Below, one piece after another: positions 18,248-29,152 of a stretch of DNA of 64,000 nucleotides; the stretch's first letter is position 1, and every line of letters begins with the position of its first letter. The notes under the pieces are model-generated. The model ran no database searches and was not told the origin of the DNA. It worked only from the letters and a program-made list of their open reading frames with translations. Source of the stretch: an uncultured Bacillota bacterium (lineage in GTDB: Bacteria > Sysuimicrobiota > Sysuimicrobiia > Sysuimicrobiales > Segetimicrobiaceae); the NCBI GenBank assembly GCA_963787105.1, contig CAWBBU010000006.1, positions 262,141 to 326,140 on the forward strand. The letters are read 5' to 3'. The translations under genes were made by a program, and so were the position numbers.

Positions 18248-19358
18248 GCTCCGGCTCGAAGCGCTCGGAAAGGCGTTCGTCGGGGCGGGCCGGCGCCGCG
18301 ACGACGTCTGGGCGGTCCGGGACGTCACGCTCACGATTCACGCCGGGGAGTTTCTGACACTGCTCGGCCCCTCCGGCTGCGGGAAGACGACGACGCTCCG
18401 CATGATCGCCGGGTTTGTGGCGCCGACGACGGGACGGATCCTGCTCGACGGCCGTGTGCTGTCGTCGGCCGATGCGCGTGTCAGCGTGCCGCCCGAACGC
18501 CGCGGCATGGGGATGGTGTTTCAGAGCTACGCGGTGTGGCCGCACATGACCGCCGCCGAGAACGTCGCGTACCCGCTGCGTCGGGCCCGGTGCACGCGCG
18601 CGGAGCGGGAGCGGCGCACCCGCGACGCGCTCAGCCTCGTGCATCTCGACGGCTTCGCGTCCCGGTATCCGCAGGAGCTGTCGGGCGGCCAGCAGCAGCG
18701 CGTGGCGCTCGCGCGCGCGTTGGTGATGGAGCCGGCGGTGCTGCTGCTCGACGAACCGCTCAGCAACCTCGACGCGCAGTTGCGCGAGGAGATGCGGGCG
18801 GAGCTCCGGGAGCTGCACGCGCGCCTCGGGGTGACGGTCGTGTACGTGACGCACGATCAGAGCGAGGCGATGGCGTTGTCGGACCGGATCATGGTGCTGC
18901 TCGCCGGGCGGCCCGCGCAGATCGGCACACCCCGCGAGCTGTACGAGCGTCCGGTCGACCCCGTGGTCGCCGCGTTCGTGGGCGCGGCCAACTTCCTGCC
19001 CGGTCACGTGCTCGGCCGCGACGGGTTCGGAGTCCAGGTGCGGCTGCTCGATGGGACCGACGCGCACGTGCTGACCGTGCCCGGGACGGAATTGAGCGGC
19101 CCCGTGGTGGTGTGTGTCCGGCCGGAGGCGCTGGCGCTCGAGCCGGACGGGGCGCTGGCGGGACGGGTGACCCGCGCCAGCTACCTCGGCAGCCGGATCG
19201 AGTACGTGGTGCGGGTCGGTGAGCTCGAGCTCCGCGTCGAGGGTCGGGCGGACGACACGGCGCGCCCGGGGGATGCGGTGCGGCTCGCGGTGCGCCGCGC
19301 GCTTCTCTACCCCGGGGCCACGAGCGCGGTCACCTCGGCGGGCGAGCGCACCACGTAG
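18240..19358 (+). CDS. ABC transporter ATP-binding protein with C-terminal regulatory (TOBE-like) extension
   Basis: Walker A GPSGCGKTT, signature LSGGQQQRVALARA, Walker B LLLDEP. Overlaps the permease stop. Confidence 0.9.
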   Translation: MAELRLEALGKAFVGAGRRRDDVWAVRDVTLTIHAGEFLTLLGPSGCGKTTTLRMIAGFVAPTTGRILLDGRVLSSADARVSVPPERRGMGMVFQSYAVWPHMTAAENVAYPLRRARCTRAERERRTRDALSLVHLDGFASRYPQELSGGQQQRVALARALVMEPAVLLLDEPLSNLDAQLREEMRAELRELHARLGVTVVYVTHDQSEAMALSDRIMVLLAGRPAQIGTPRELYERPVDPVVAAFVGAANFLPGHVLGRDGFGVQVRLLDGTDAHVLTVPGTELSGPVVVCVRPEALALEPDGALAGRVTRASYLGSRIEYVVRVGELELRVEGRADDTARPGDAVRLAVRRALLYPGATSAVTSAGERTT

Positions 19359-19963
19359 TCCGGGTGGCACGCGAGCACGCTCGCGGGATCGTCGGCGCCC
19401 CACAGCGCGGCCGCCGCCCGCACGTCCGCCGCGCGGGCGGCCTGAACATCGAAGACGCCGTCGCCGACCATCAACGCGGACGCCGTCTCCATGCCGAGGC
19501 GCCGGAGCGCTTCCCGTACGGGGTCGGCGGCAGGTTTCGGGGCCGGGACGTCGTCCGCGCCGACGGTCGTGGAAATCCACGGCGCGAGACCGAGCACCTC
19601 GACCGCCTGCACCGCGGCGCGGCTGCGCTTCGACGTGACCACTCCGAGCACGCGGCCCGCGCGGGTCAGCGCGTCGAGCATCCCCGGAACGCCCGGAAAC
19701 ACGGAGGCGAGCGCCCGCTCGTGCTCGGTGTAGTACGCCGCGTAGGCGTCCACGAGTGCCGGGATCCGGTCGGGCGCGACCGCGGCGAAGCGGACGGGGA
19801 GCGGCTGCCCCCAGCGAACCTGCGCGTCTGCGTCCGTGGTCTCGCGGCCGAGGATCGAGAGGCATGCGTGCCGGAACGAGGCGACGATCAGCCGGTGCGA
19901 GTCGATCAGGGTGCCGTCGAGATCGAACAGCACCGCGCGGACGTCGAGCGGGTTGGCAGCCAT
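19307..19963 (-). CDS. HAD-superfamily phosphatase (phosphoglycolate phosphatase-like)
   Basis: Internal ATG gives MAANPLDVRAVLFDLDGTLIDS (motif I). Later motifs are VTSK and GDGVFD. Its 3' end overlaps the ATPase gene by 52 nt (convergent). Confidence 0.8.
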   Translation of the reverse strand: MAANPLDVRAVLFDLDGTLIDSHRLIVASFRHACLSILGRETTDADAQVRWGQPLPVRFAAVAPDRIPALVDAYAAYYTEHERALASVFPGVPGMLDALTRAGRVLGVVTSKRSRAAVQAVEVLGLAPWISTTVGADDVPAPKPAADPVREALRRLGMETASALMVGDGVFDVQAARAADVRAAAALWGADDPASVLACHPDYVVRSPAEVTALVAPG

Positions 19964-20112
19964 GGGGGCACCGGCGCGTGTCTGGGATAGGAGTCGATCA
20001 GCGAGATCGTGCGCACGCGGTGCCGCACCGCCGACCGCGCGCTCCTTAGTCGGCGCAGCGCGGAACTCCTCCGGCATCGGCGCGTGACGGCGCGCATCGC
20101 GCCGCGGTTCGA

Positions 20113-20140
20113 TTGACACCCTAAAGGTGCCTGCTATAAT
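20113..20140 (+). promoter_or_regulatory. Consensus sigma-70-type promoter for tRNA-Thr/tuf
   Basis: TTGACA (20113-20118), 16-nt spacer, TGcTATAAT (20132-20140). The tRNA starts at 20155. Confidence 0.6.
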
Positions 20141-20154
20141 CAGTCTGCGCGCAG

Positions 20155-20230
20155 GCCCACGTAGCTCAGGCGGCAGAGCGTGTCCTTGGTAAGGACAAGG
20201 TCACCGGTTCGAATCCGGTCGTGGGCTCCA
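20155..20230 (+). tRNA. tRNA-Thr (anticodon GGT), CCA encoded
   Basis: Acceptor GCCCACG/CGTGGGC. Anticodon stem TGTCC/GGACA with loop TTGGTAA. T arm CCGG-TTCGAAT-CCGG. Confidence 0.9.
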
Positions 20231-20305
20231 GGACTTGTCCCCTGTCGGTGTTCCGGCAGGGGCGTCTTGATGCCCGCGAACCGCGCGGCGGGCGAGAGCG
20301 CGGAC

Positions 20306-21560
<1,255 letters not shown>

Positions 21561-21668
21561 CTCACCTGCGGCCCGGCGCAATGACTTATAATGAAGGCGA
21601 TCGAGGCGGTTGATCGACATCCCCGTGCCCTCAGGCGCGGCGGCACAGCGAAGTGGAGGGCATGAACG

Positions 21669-21821
21669 ATGGCACGCGACATTGTGACTCTGGCCTGCAA
21701 CGACTGTAAGCGCAGAAACTACACCACGAAGAAGAACAAAAAGAACACCCCGGACCGCGTGGAGCATTCCAAGTACTGCCGGTGGTGCCGGAAGCATACT
21801 GTACACCGCGAGACGCGGTAG
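21669..21821 (+). CDS. rpmG: 50S ribosomal protein L33 (bL33), four-Cys zinc-ribbon form
   Basis: 50-aa ORF below the track cutoff: [56 protein letters not shown] upstream. Confidence 0.9.
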   Translation: MARDIVTLACNDCKRRNYTTKKNKKNTPDRVEHSKYCRWCRKHTVHRETR

Positions 21822-21884
21822 CGTATACTCGCGCTGACGAACGGATGATCGGCGCGCCCGAGCTCGCGGCGCGCCGCCGCGCGC

Positions 21885-21961
21885 AGGGGCGTAGCTCAGT
21901 TTGGTAGAGCGCTGGTCTCCAAAACCAGTGGTCGGGGGTTCGAATCCCTCCGCCCCTGCCA
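21885..21961 (+). tRNA. tRNA-Trp (anticodon CCA), CCA end encoded
   Basis: Acceptor AGGGGCG/CGCCCCT. Anticodon stem CTGGT/ACCAG with loop CTCCAAA. T arm GGGGG-TTCGAAT-CCCTC. Confidence 0.9.
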
Positions 21962-22057
21962 GTCAAACCCAATAGCCAGCAACGCGACCCGTGGGTATGC
22001 ACGTGTGCCACCGCCGAGCATTCTCCATCACTCGTTTTGCCGTGGGGACACGAACTC

Positions 22058-22577
22058 ATGAAACCACCAGCGGTTGTCATTCGGTTCGCGCGCAAAGCCG
22101 ATGCCCAAGGATTTGTCGATTCGTGGAACGAGAGCTTTAAAGCCGGTCACCTGCGCTATACCGGCACGCAGCGTCGGGGCAAGGCGGATGTTGCGGGATT
22201 CCGCAAACGGTACTCCGCGCGTCACCGAACAGACTTTGGGTTGGTCGCGGTCGCCGATGATCATACGATCGTTGGGATGTGCGACTTATTTGCGAGAGGA
22301 CACGGACGGACGAGACACCGAGCGGAACTCGGATGGATGGTCCGCCACGATTACGCTGGACGAGGCATCGCCTCGGCATTGTTGCGCGCGGCCCTGCGGG
22401 AAGCAAAGCGACGCGGCGTCAAGCGTGTTGAGGCTGAGATTGCGGTCGAGAATATCGCGAGCGTGAGATTAGCGAGGAAATTCGGGTTTCGCTTGGAAGG
22501 CAGGCGCGCAGCGGGGATCCTCCTCGACACGGGCAGATATCTGCGACACGTATCTCTTCGGCCGCGTCCTCAAATAG
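22058..22577 (+). pseudogene. GNAT-family N-acetyltransferase, frame-disrupted near the 3' end as assembled
   Basis: RGIASALLRAALREAKRRGVKRVEAEIAVEN..LARKFGF core. The family-like terminus DTYLFGRVLK-stop (TAG 22575-22577) is in frame +1. One extra nt at about 22544. Lower GC than its neighbours. Confidence 0.7.
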
Positions 22578-22896
22578 TCGGACGCGGCCTTCGGTCTTAC
22601 CCGGTGATCTTCGGTGCGGTTGGGCGGCGCGCGATTCCGGGACTGGGGTGCCTGTGTCTCGGACGCACTCCATTCCGGCAGGATCGGTGGCCGTTGACTC
22701 TAAACTGACTATCATTACTCTGGTCATGAACGCGGCGAACGTACCCGGGAGCACCAACGCGATGGCCGCGGCTCGTGACCACCGTCGTCAGATCGCGCGT
22801 CATCGGGCACGGGTACGGCACGTCCACGTGACGTGCGGCAGGTGCGGCGCATACAGTCGCGCTGCGACGTAGCACACGCGGAGGGATGGGGCTGCG

Positions 22897-24135
22897 ATGA
22901 GCGCAAAAGGTCGGCTGGCGATGCCGTACGGCTGGGGCAGAGTGCCGTACACGTACGCGGACCGCGCCCCTTGGATGAACCTGCCGTTTCCCGTTGAGGA
23001 ATATCGCGGACGGTGCCGCCGACTCGCCGGCCTGATGGCCCGCGACGGCCTCGGCTGTCTCGTCGTGCTGGGCAATCCGGCCGATCCCACCAACGTGCGC
23101 TACCTCACGAACTTCGAAGACTTCTACGGCGGCGAGACGCTGGTGGTGGTGACGGTGGACGGGGAGCCGGGTCTCACCACGAACGCGGTGATGCACGGCG
23201 AACCGATGCACTCCGGCATTCAAGACTGCTGGGTCGAGGACGTACGCTGTGCCGCGGCGCCGCGCACCGTGACCGGAGCTGCGAGTCCGGCGACCGTGCT
23301 CGATCATCTTGAAGACCTTCTCCGTGAGCGGGGGTGCGAGCGCGCCGCGATCGGCGTCGTCGGGGCGGGCGCGGTTGACCGGCTGACGGGGTTTCTCGGC
23401 ACGACGTTCCCAGACGCCCACGTGTCCAGCGCCGATTCCCTCCTCAAGGAGATGCGTGCGATCAAGAGCGAGGCCGAGGTGGAGGTGCTGCGTAAGGCGT
23501 GTGACGTGGCCGATCAGGGCGCCCGCGCGGCGATGGACGCGGTCCGACCGGGCGTGACCGAGTTCGAGCTGGCTGCGGAGGCGAACTACGCGATGTTCAA
23601 GGCCGGCGCCGAACATCCGGCGTTCGCGCTCTCGGTGTGTGCCGGTCCGCGCGCGGGCTTCAAGCATATGGCCCCGACGGCAAACCCCGTGCGTCCGGGC
23701 GACATGGTGTATGTGGATCTTGGCGGGAGGTATATGGGATATTACAGCGATATCTCGCGTCAGCGCGTGTGCGGCGAGCCGACGGGCGCGCAGCGACATT
23801 TTATGGAAGCGCAGATCGGCATCGTGGAGGCCGTGACGGAAGCCGCGAGGCCGGGCGTTGTGATCGCGGACCTGGCTGAGATCGCCCTCGCGCTCGCCCG
23901 CGAGGCCGGATGCGAGCAGGATTTCTACTTCCGAGGCCACGGCGTCGGCTGCGCGGTCCAGGATCTGCCGGCGTTCGCGCCAGGCAACCCGGCCGTGCTG
24001 ATGGAAAACATGGTGATCGCGATCGAGCCGATGTTCGTGCGACAGGGGTTCGGCACCGCGTGCTGGGAGGACGTCTGGCGCGTGACCGCGAGCGGCATGG
24101 AACGGCTTAACCGGTGTCCGGTCCGTTGGTGGTGA
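22897..24135 (+). CDS. M24-family metallopeptidase (Xaa-Pro aminopeptidase/creatinase-like)
   Basis: 412 aa. Creatinase-like N-domain followed by a pita-bread domain (VYVDLGGRYMGYYSDISR, HGVG, IEP). Confidence 0.85.
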   Translation: MSAKGRLAMPYGWGRVPYTYADRAPWMNLPFPVEEYRGRCRRLAGLMARDGLGCLVVLGNPADPTNVRYLTNFEDFYGGETLVVVTVDGEPGLTTNAVMHGEPMHSGIQDCWVEDVRCAAAPRTVTGAASPATVLDHLEDLLRERGCERAAIGVVGAGAVDRLTGFLGTTFPDAHVSSADSLLKEMRAIKSEAEVEVLRKACDVADQGARAAMDAVRPGVTEFELAAEANYAMFKAGAEHPAFALSVCAGPRAGFKHMAPTANPVRPGDMVYVDLGGRYMGYYSDISRQRVCGEPTGAQRHFMEAQIGIVEAVTEAARPGVVIADLAEIALALAREAGCEQDFYFRGHGVGCAVQDLPAFAPGNPAVLMENMVIAIEPMFVRQGFGTACWEDVWRVTASGMERLNRCPVRWW

Positions 24136-24264
24136 GGACGGTCTCCGGGTGCGGCAGCGCCCTGTGCGCCGAATCCGGCCAGGTCATGCGGCCCGTCGCG
24201 GGTATTTCCGAGGGAGGGGACGAGGGGCACCGTTAGGACCGCGCCCCTCGGACAGCTCACGCAC

Positions 24265-25576
24265 ATGGACGACCTCGTTCGGGCGATCGTTCGGGCTGGT
24301 CGTGACGTAGCCCCGGAGGTTGCCGAACGGCTGCGCGCGGGAGTGCGGCTTGCCGAGCGTTACCCCCGAGGTGGCGGAGGACGGCGAGGCGGCGGGCGAG
24401 GGTGTCTTTCAGCAGTACTTCGCCGGTGAACTGGAGCGGCTCGGGTGTCGCGTTCGTCTGTGGGAACCCGATGCCGACGCGCTGCTGGACCAGTACCCCG
24501 AGCTCGGGCACGTGATTCCGGCCGAGGGATTTGCGGGACGTCCGAACGTCGTGGGCTGGGTGTCCGATGCGGACGCGCCCGACGCGGAGACTCATCTCGT
24601 GCTGAACAGCCATGCGGACACGGTCGGGCCCGGGGATCCCGCGTCCTGGCCGGCTCCTCCGTTCGCCGGGGTCGTGCGCGACGGCCGAATCGTGGGGCTG
24701 GGCGCCGCGGACGCGAAAGGGTGCCTCTTCACGTTCGTGGGCGCGTTGACGATCCTGCGGGCCGCCGGCATCCGGCTCCGCCGACGGGTGCAGATCCAGT
24801 CGGTCGTCGGCGAGGAGTCGGGAGGAGCGGGGACGCTCGAGTGCCTGCGTCAGGGGTATACGGGAACCGCCGCGCTGGTCGGGGAGCCCACCTCGATGCG
24901 CCTGTGTCTCGGAACGCGCGGGTCGGTCGATCTCTTGATTCGAGTGACGGGGCGCAAGGCGCATCCCGGCGAGGGATGGCGGGGCGTCAACGCGATTGGC
25001 CTCGCGTGGCGGTACGTCGAAGCGCTCGCGCGGCTCCGGGACGAACTGGACCGTACCGACATGCATCCGCTGTGGGCACCGCTCCCCCAGGGACACGTCT
25101 GGAATCTCATGGCACTGAATTCGGGCCCGACCGGCCGAGCCGTGCCCGATCGGTGTGATCTTCACTACAGCGTGGGGCTGATCGGCACGGAGTCGAACTC
25201 CGACATGGAGGGACGGGTGGGCGCCGCCCTCGCGGCGGTGACGGCTGCGGATCCGTGGCTGGTTGCGCACCCTCCCGAGATCCGCTGGACGACGCGCGAC
25301 CGCTTGCCGACCGTGACCGATCCGTCGCACCCCGCGGCGGTGGCCATGGCGGAGGCGGGACGAGCCCTCGGTGAGTCCGGGGCGGAGCCTCGGGGGTTTT
25401 CCGCGGTCGCCGATACCCGCCATCTTGTGCGCCTCGGCGGCATCCCGACGCTCACGTTTGGCCCGGGGGACATTCATCAGTGCCACGGGCCCGACGAGGC
25501 GCTGCCGGTTGATGAGCTTCGGCGCGCGGCGACCTGGACGGCACTCTTCCTCGCGGTGTACTGCGGCGGGCGATGA
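24265..25576 (+). pseudogene. M20-family peptidase/deacylase (ArgE/DapE-like), frame-disrupted near the 5' end as assembled
   Basis: LNSHADTVGPGD, GLGAADAKG and GEESGG motifs. The likely N-terminus MDDLVRAIV..ERLRAGVR (ATG 24265) is in another frame. One extra nt at about 24349 before LPSVTPE. Confidence 0.75.
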
Positions 25577-25826
25577 AATGCTGCGGGTCGGTCGGGAACG
25601 CCGGCCCTCCCGAGCGCCGGTCATGGGGGGGCCAGCCGATGGTCAAAGATGGTTAGAATGGTGAAAATCTGGGGATAGTAAGAGCGAGGCACGGAAGACG
25701 CGAATGCATCCTTCGATGCGGCGCGGACGCGTAGTTCCAGGGGCACGTCCCTCTCCCCCCGCCCTGGGGCTCCGTGATCCGCGCCGTGTAATATCTCCGC
25801 GAACGGTGCGCCCGTCAAGCGGCGCG

Positions 25827-25854
25827 TTGACACCCGTCTACGGGCTGATATAAT
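25827..25854 (+). promoter_or_regulatory. Consensus sigma-70-type promoter for secE-nusG
   Basis: TTGACA (25827-25832), 16-nt spacer, TGaTATAAT (25846-25854). Confidence 0.55.
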
Positions 25855-25899
25855 GAGTGGGCACAGGTCGGCGGTCTTTTTTTGTTTAGGGGGCATTTC

Positions 25900-26202
25900 A
25901 TGGCACGCGCCAGCGATGGAGCCACCGGGTCGGCGATCGGCAAGCCCGCTCGCAACACAGAGAGATCTGCGGCGCGGCAGGGCAAAGCGGCGCAGACCCG
26001 CCGCCCGCCGCAGCTGTGGACGACCTCGGCACAGTTCCTGCGGGATGTGGTCGCGGAACTGAATCGGGTGACCTGGCCGGACCGCCAGGTATTGATCGCG
26101 TCGTCGCTGGTGGTGGTTTTCGTATTGACGGTGACGTCGTTGTATCTGGCCGGGTGCGATCTCATCTTCGCCAAGCTGCTGGCGCCCTTTATCCAGCCGT
26201 AG
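25900..26202 (+). CDS. secE: Preprotein translocase subunit SecE
   Basis: ATG sits 6 nt after AGGGGG. C-terminal FLRDVVAELNRVTWPDRQ plus a single TM segment. Positioned before nusG. Confidence 0.85.
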   Translation: MARASDGATGSAIGKPARNTERSAARQGKAAQTRRPPQLWTTSAQFLRDVVAELNRVTWPDRQVLIASSLVVVFVLTVTSLYLAGCDLIFAKLLAPFIQP

Positions 26203-26405
26203 GCGCTTCTTCTACGAGGGAGCCGTCATGCCAGACGATCGGAATCGACCCCAGGGAACCAAGCCGGACACCGCCGCGCTCATTCAGGAGCTATTCCGGG
26301 ATGAGCCGCACGAGCCGCCGGCTGCCCCGGAATCCACCCCCGTAGGGGTGCTCGTACCGCAGGATGAGGCGTCTACGGTCGAGGCGCCGGTCGCCCCCGT
26401 GCCTG

Positions 26406-27008
26406 ATGTCGGCGCCCGCGACGCCCGAAGGCATCGTCGAGACGCCACCGGACGTCACGGAGTTGGAGGCGGCGCGCGCGGCCGCCGGCACCCGCTGGTT
26501 CGTGATCCACACGTATTCGGGGTACGAGAACAAGGTTCGGACGAATCTCGAGCGCCGGGTCGAGTCGATGAACGTGCAGGGAAAGATCTTCCGGATCCTC
26601 GTGCCGACCGAGGACGAGATCGAGATTAAGGACGGCAAGCGGCGGATCGCCAAGAAGAAGGTGTTCCCCGGGTACGTGCTCGTCGAGATGATCATGGATG
26701 ACGATTCGTGGTATGTCGTCCGCAACACGCCGGGGGTGACCGGCTTCGTGGGTTCCGGGACGAAGCCGCTCCCGCTGCAGGACAAAGAGGTCAAGGCGAT
26801 TCTCCGCCAGCTGGGAGATGAGACGCCGAAGTTCCGGATCACGTATCAGAAGGGGTCCGCGGTGCGGATCAATTCAGGTCCGTTCATGGACTTCAGCGGC
26901 GTCGTAGACGAGATTCTTCCGGAGAAGGAGAAAGTTCGCGTTCTTGTGTCGATTTTTGGACGCGAAACGCCCGTCGAACTGGATTTCGCGCAGGTCGAGA
27001 AGATCTGA
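26406..27008 (+). CDS. nusG: Transcription termination/antitermination factor NusG (conservative start; may begin at 26228 with a frame break)
   Basis: RWFVIHTYSGYENKV (NGN domain) and a KOW segment. The well-SD'd ATG at 26228 opens a Pro/Ala/Glu-rich ORF in another frame that abuts this one near 26400. Confidence 0.9.
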   Translation: MSAPATPEGIVETPPDVTELEAARAAAGTRWFVIHTYSGYENKVRTNLERRVESMNVQGKIFRILVPTEDEIEIKDGKRRIAKKKVFPGYVLVEMIMDDDSWYVVRNTPGVTGFVGSGTKPLPLQDKEVKAILRQLGDETPKFRITYQKGSAVRINSGPFMDFSGVVDEILPEKEKVRVLVSIFGRETPVELDFAQVEKI

Positions 27009-27059
27009 ACCGGCTCCCGCCGTCAGGGCGGGGCCCGGGCAGGGTGGACTGGAGGACGC

Positions 27060-27479
27060 ATGAAGAAGATCGTGGCGATCGTGAAACTGCAGATTCCGGC
27101 CGGGAAGGCAACGCCGGCGCCGCCGGTTGGGCCGGCGCTCGGCCAGCACGGCGTCAATATCATGGAATTTTGCAAGTCGTACAACGAGAAGACGGCCCGC
27201 CAGGTGGGGACGATTGTGCCGGTCGAGATCACCATCTTCGCCGACCGGACGTTCACATTCGTGACGAAGACGCCTCCGGCGGCGGTGCTGCTCAAGAAGG
27301 CGGCCGGCCTGGAGAAGGCGTCGGGTGAGCCGAATAAGAAGAAGGCGGGCCGCGTCACCCAGCAGCAGATCCGCGAGATCGCCGAGTCCAAGATGCCCGA
27401 TTTGAACACGAAGGATCTCGCCGCGGCGATGCGGATGATCGAAGGCACGGCGCGCAGCATGGGGATTGAGGTCGGCTAG
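27060..27479 (+). CDS. rplK: 50S ribosomal protein L11 (uL11)
   Basis: 139 aa. [34 protein letters not shown]. Confidence 0.97.
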   Translation: MKKIVAIVKLQIPAGKATPAPPVGPALGQHGVNIMEFCKSYNEKTARQVGTIVPVEITIFADRTFTFVTKTPPAAVLLKKAAGLEKASGEPNKKKAGRVTQQQIREIAESKMPDLNTKDLAAAMRMIEGTARSMGIEVG

Positions 27480-27542
27480 CCGGGCCTCAGGCACGGGTGG
27501 GAGGACGTTCAGTCCGCTCGGACCACAGGAGGGTGATGCGAG

Positions 27543-28253
27543 ATGCACGGGAAGCGCTATCGCGAGGCAAGCAAGCTGGTCGAAGCCGGGAAGCTGTACG
27601 ATCCGCAGACGGCACTCGGGCTGTTGAAGCAGATGCCGACCGGGAAGTTCGATGAGACGGTCGAGGCGCATATTCGGCTCGGAATCGACCCGAAACAGGC
27701 CGACCAGCAGGTCCGGGGCACGGTGGTATTGCCGCACGGCACCGGGAAGTCGGTGCGGGTGCTCGTGTTTGCCAAGGGCGATAAGGTGAAGGAGGCGCTC
27801 GATGCGGGCGCCGACTACGCCGGGGTCGACGAGTTCGCGGAGAAGATCCAGGCCGGGTGGCTGGAGTTCGACGTGGCCGTGGCGACTCCCGACGTGATGA
27901 ACGTCGTGGGTCGGCTGGGCCGGGTCCTTGGTCCCCGCGGCGTGATGCCGAACCCGAAGGCCGGCACGGTGACCTTCGACGTGGGGCGTGCGGTTCGGGA
28001 GATTAAGGCCGGTAAGGTCGAGTACCGGGTCGATAAGTTCGGAATCCTGCACCTTGCGCTCGGTAAGGCGTCGTTTCCGGCCGACGCGCTCCTCGAAAAC
28101 TTTGCGACCGTCGTGAACGCCGTCGTGCGGAGCAAGCCGTCTTCGAGTAAGGGTCAGTACCTCCGGAGCGTCACGGTCAAGTCGACGATGGGACCTGGGA
28201 TCCGGATCGATCCGTCGAAGGCCGATACCGAGGCGCCTGCGGCCACCGCGTAG
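27543..28253 (+). CDS. rplA: 50S ribosomal protein L1 (uL1)
   Basis: 236 aa. [36 protein letters not shown]. Confidence 0.97.
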   Translation: MHGKRYREASKLVEAGKLYDPQTALGLLKQMPTGKFDETVEAHIRLGIDPKQADQQVRGTVVLPHGTGKSVRVLVFAKGDKVKEALDAGADYAGVDEFAEKIQAGWLEFDVAVATPDVMNVVGRLGRVLGPRGVMPNPKAGTVTFDVGRAVREIKAGKVEYRVDKFGILHLALGKASFPADALLENFATVVNAVVRSKPSSSKGQYLRSVTVKSTMGPGIRIDPSKADTEAPAATA

Positions 28254-28296
28254 GGCCCAGGCTTGCCGGTCTAAGAGGCAGCGCTCGCAGTAGTCG

Positions 28297-28325
28297 TTTG
28301 ACGGGACCGCCCGGGGATGGTATCA
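28297..28325 (+). promoter_or_regulatory. Sigma-70-type promoter for rplJ-rplL
   Basis: TTGACG (28297-28302), 17-nt spacer, TGgTATCAT (28317-28325). Confidence 0.5.
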
Positions 28326-28507
28326 TCCGGAGGCGGTTGAGTGAAGAAGACCCGACAATTGCATGAGCCGTGCCGTAGACAGCGGGTGCGCCATGTGCGC
28401 CCAAAGGCCTTCGGGCCGCCCGCCGAGGCTCCAGTCACGCGGAGACTCCCGGTCTACGGGGGTCTCGTTTGTTTCGCGGATACGGTCCGTAGGTCCAGGA
28501 GGCGTGC
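28326..28507 (+). promoter_or_regulatory. rplJ 5' leader, candidate L10-L12 autoregulatory leader
   Basis: About 180-nt structured GC-rich untranslated region between the predicted promoter and the rplJ ATG. Assigned by position only. Confidence 0.35.
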
Positions 28508-29152
28508 ATGAGCAATCCGAAGCCCGAAAAGGTCGCTGAAGTCGAAGAGCTCCAGCAGCGCCTCCAGTCGTCTCCCGTCGTCATCCTCACGGACTACCGG
28601 GGCCTGTCTGTGAGCGAGATCGGGGCCCTTCGGACGAAGCTGCGGGACGCGTCCGTCGAGTACCGCGTCGCCAAGAACACACTGCTCGGCCGGGCGGCCG
28701 AGCGGGCAGGCATGCCGGGGCTGGAGCAGTATCTTGTCGGCCCGACCGCCGTGGTGTTCGGCAGCGACGATCCCGGCGTGCCGGCGCGTATCCTTCAGGA
28801 GTTCATTCGCCAGTACCGGAAACTGGAGATCAAGGGCGGCGTGGTGGAGGGGCAGACGCTTGGCCCGGAGGCGGTGCAGTCACTCGCGTCCCTCCCGACC
28901 AAACGGGAGCTGCTTTCCAAGCTCCTCGGCGTCATCCAGGGCCCGATGCGCGGGTTGGTGACCGTACTGACCGGTCCGCAGCGCGGCCTGGTGACGGCGC
29001 TCGACGCCCTGCGGAAGCAGCGTGAGGATGCCGCCCCGGCGATTGCAGCGCCTGCGGCCCCCGCTGTAGCGGAGGGCGCGGCTTCGGCCGCCGCAGAGAG
29101 CGCGGCCCCGGTTGTCGCAGAGGCGGTAACTCCGGTCGCCGCTGCGCGCTAG
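28508..29152 (+). CDS. rplJ: 50S ribosomal protein L10 (uL10) with Ala/Pro/Glu-rich C-terminal tail
   Basis: 214 aa. The conserved core runs to about ALDALRKQRED. It is followed by an AAPAIAAPAAPAVAEGAASAAAESAAPVVAE tail. Confidence 0.93.
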   Translation: MSNPKPEKVAEVEELQQRLQSSPVVILTDYRGLSVSEIGALRTKLRDASVEYRVAKNTLLGRAAERAGMPGLEQYLVGPTAVVFGSDDPGVPARILQEFIRQYRKLEIKGGVVEGQTLGPEAVQSLASLPTKRELLSKLLGVIQGPMRGLVTVLTGPQRGLVTALDALRKQREDAAPAIAAPAAPAVAEGAASAAAESAAPVVAEAVTPVAAAR

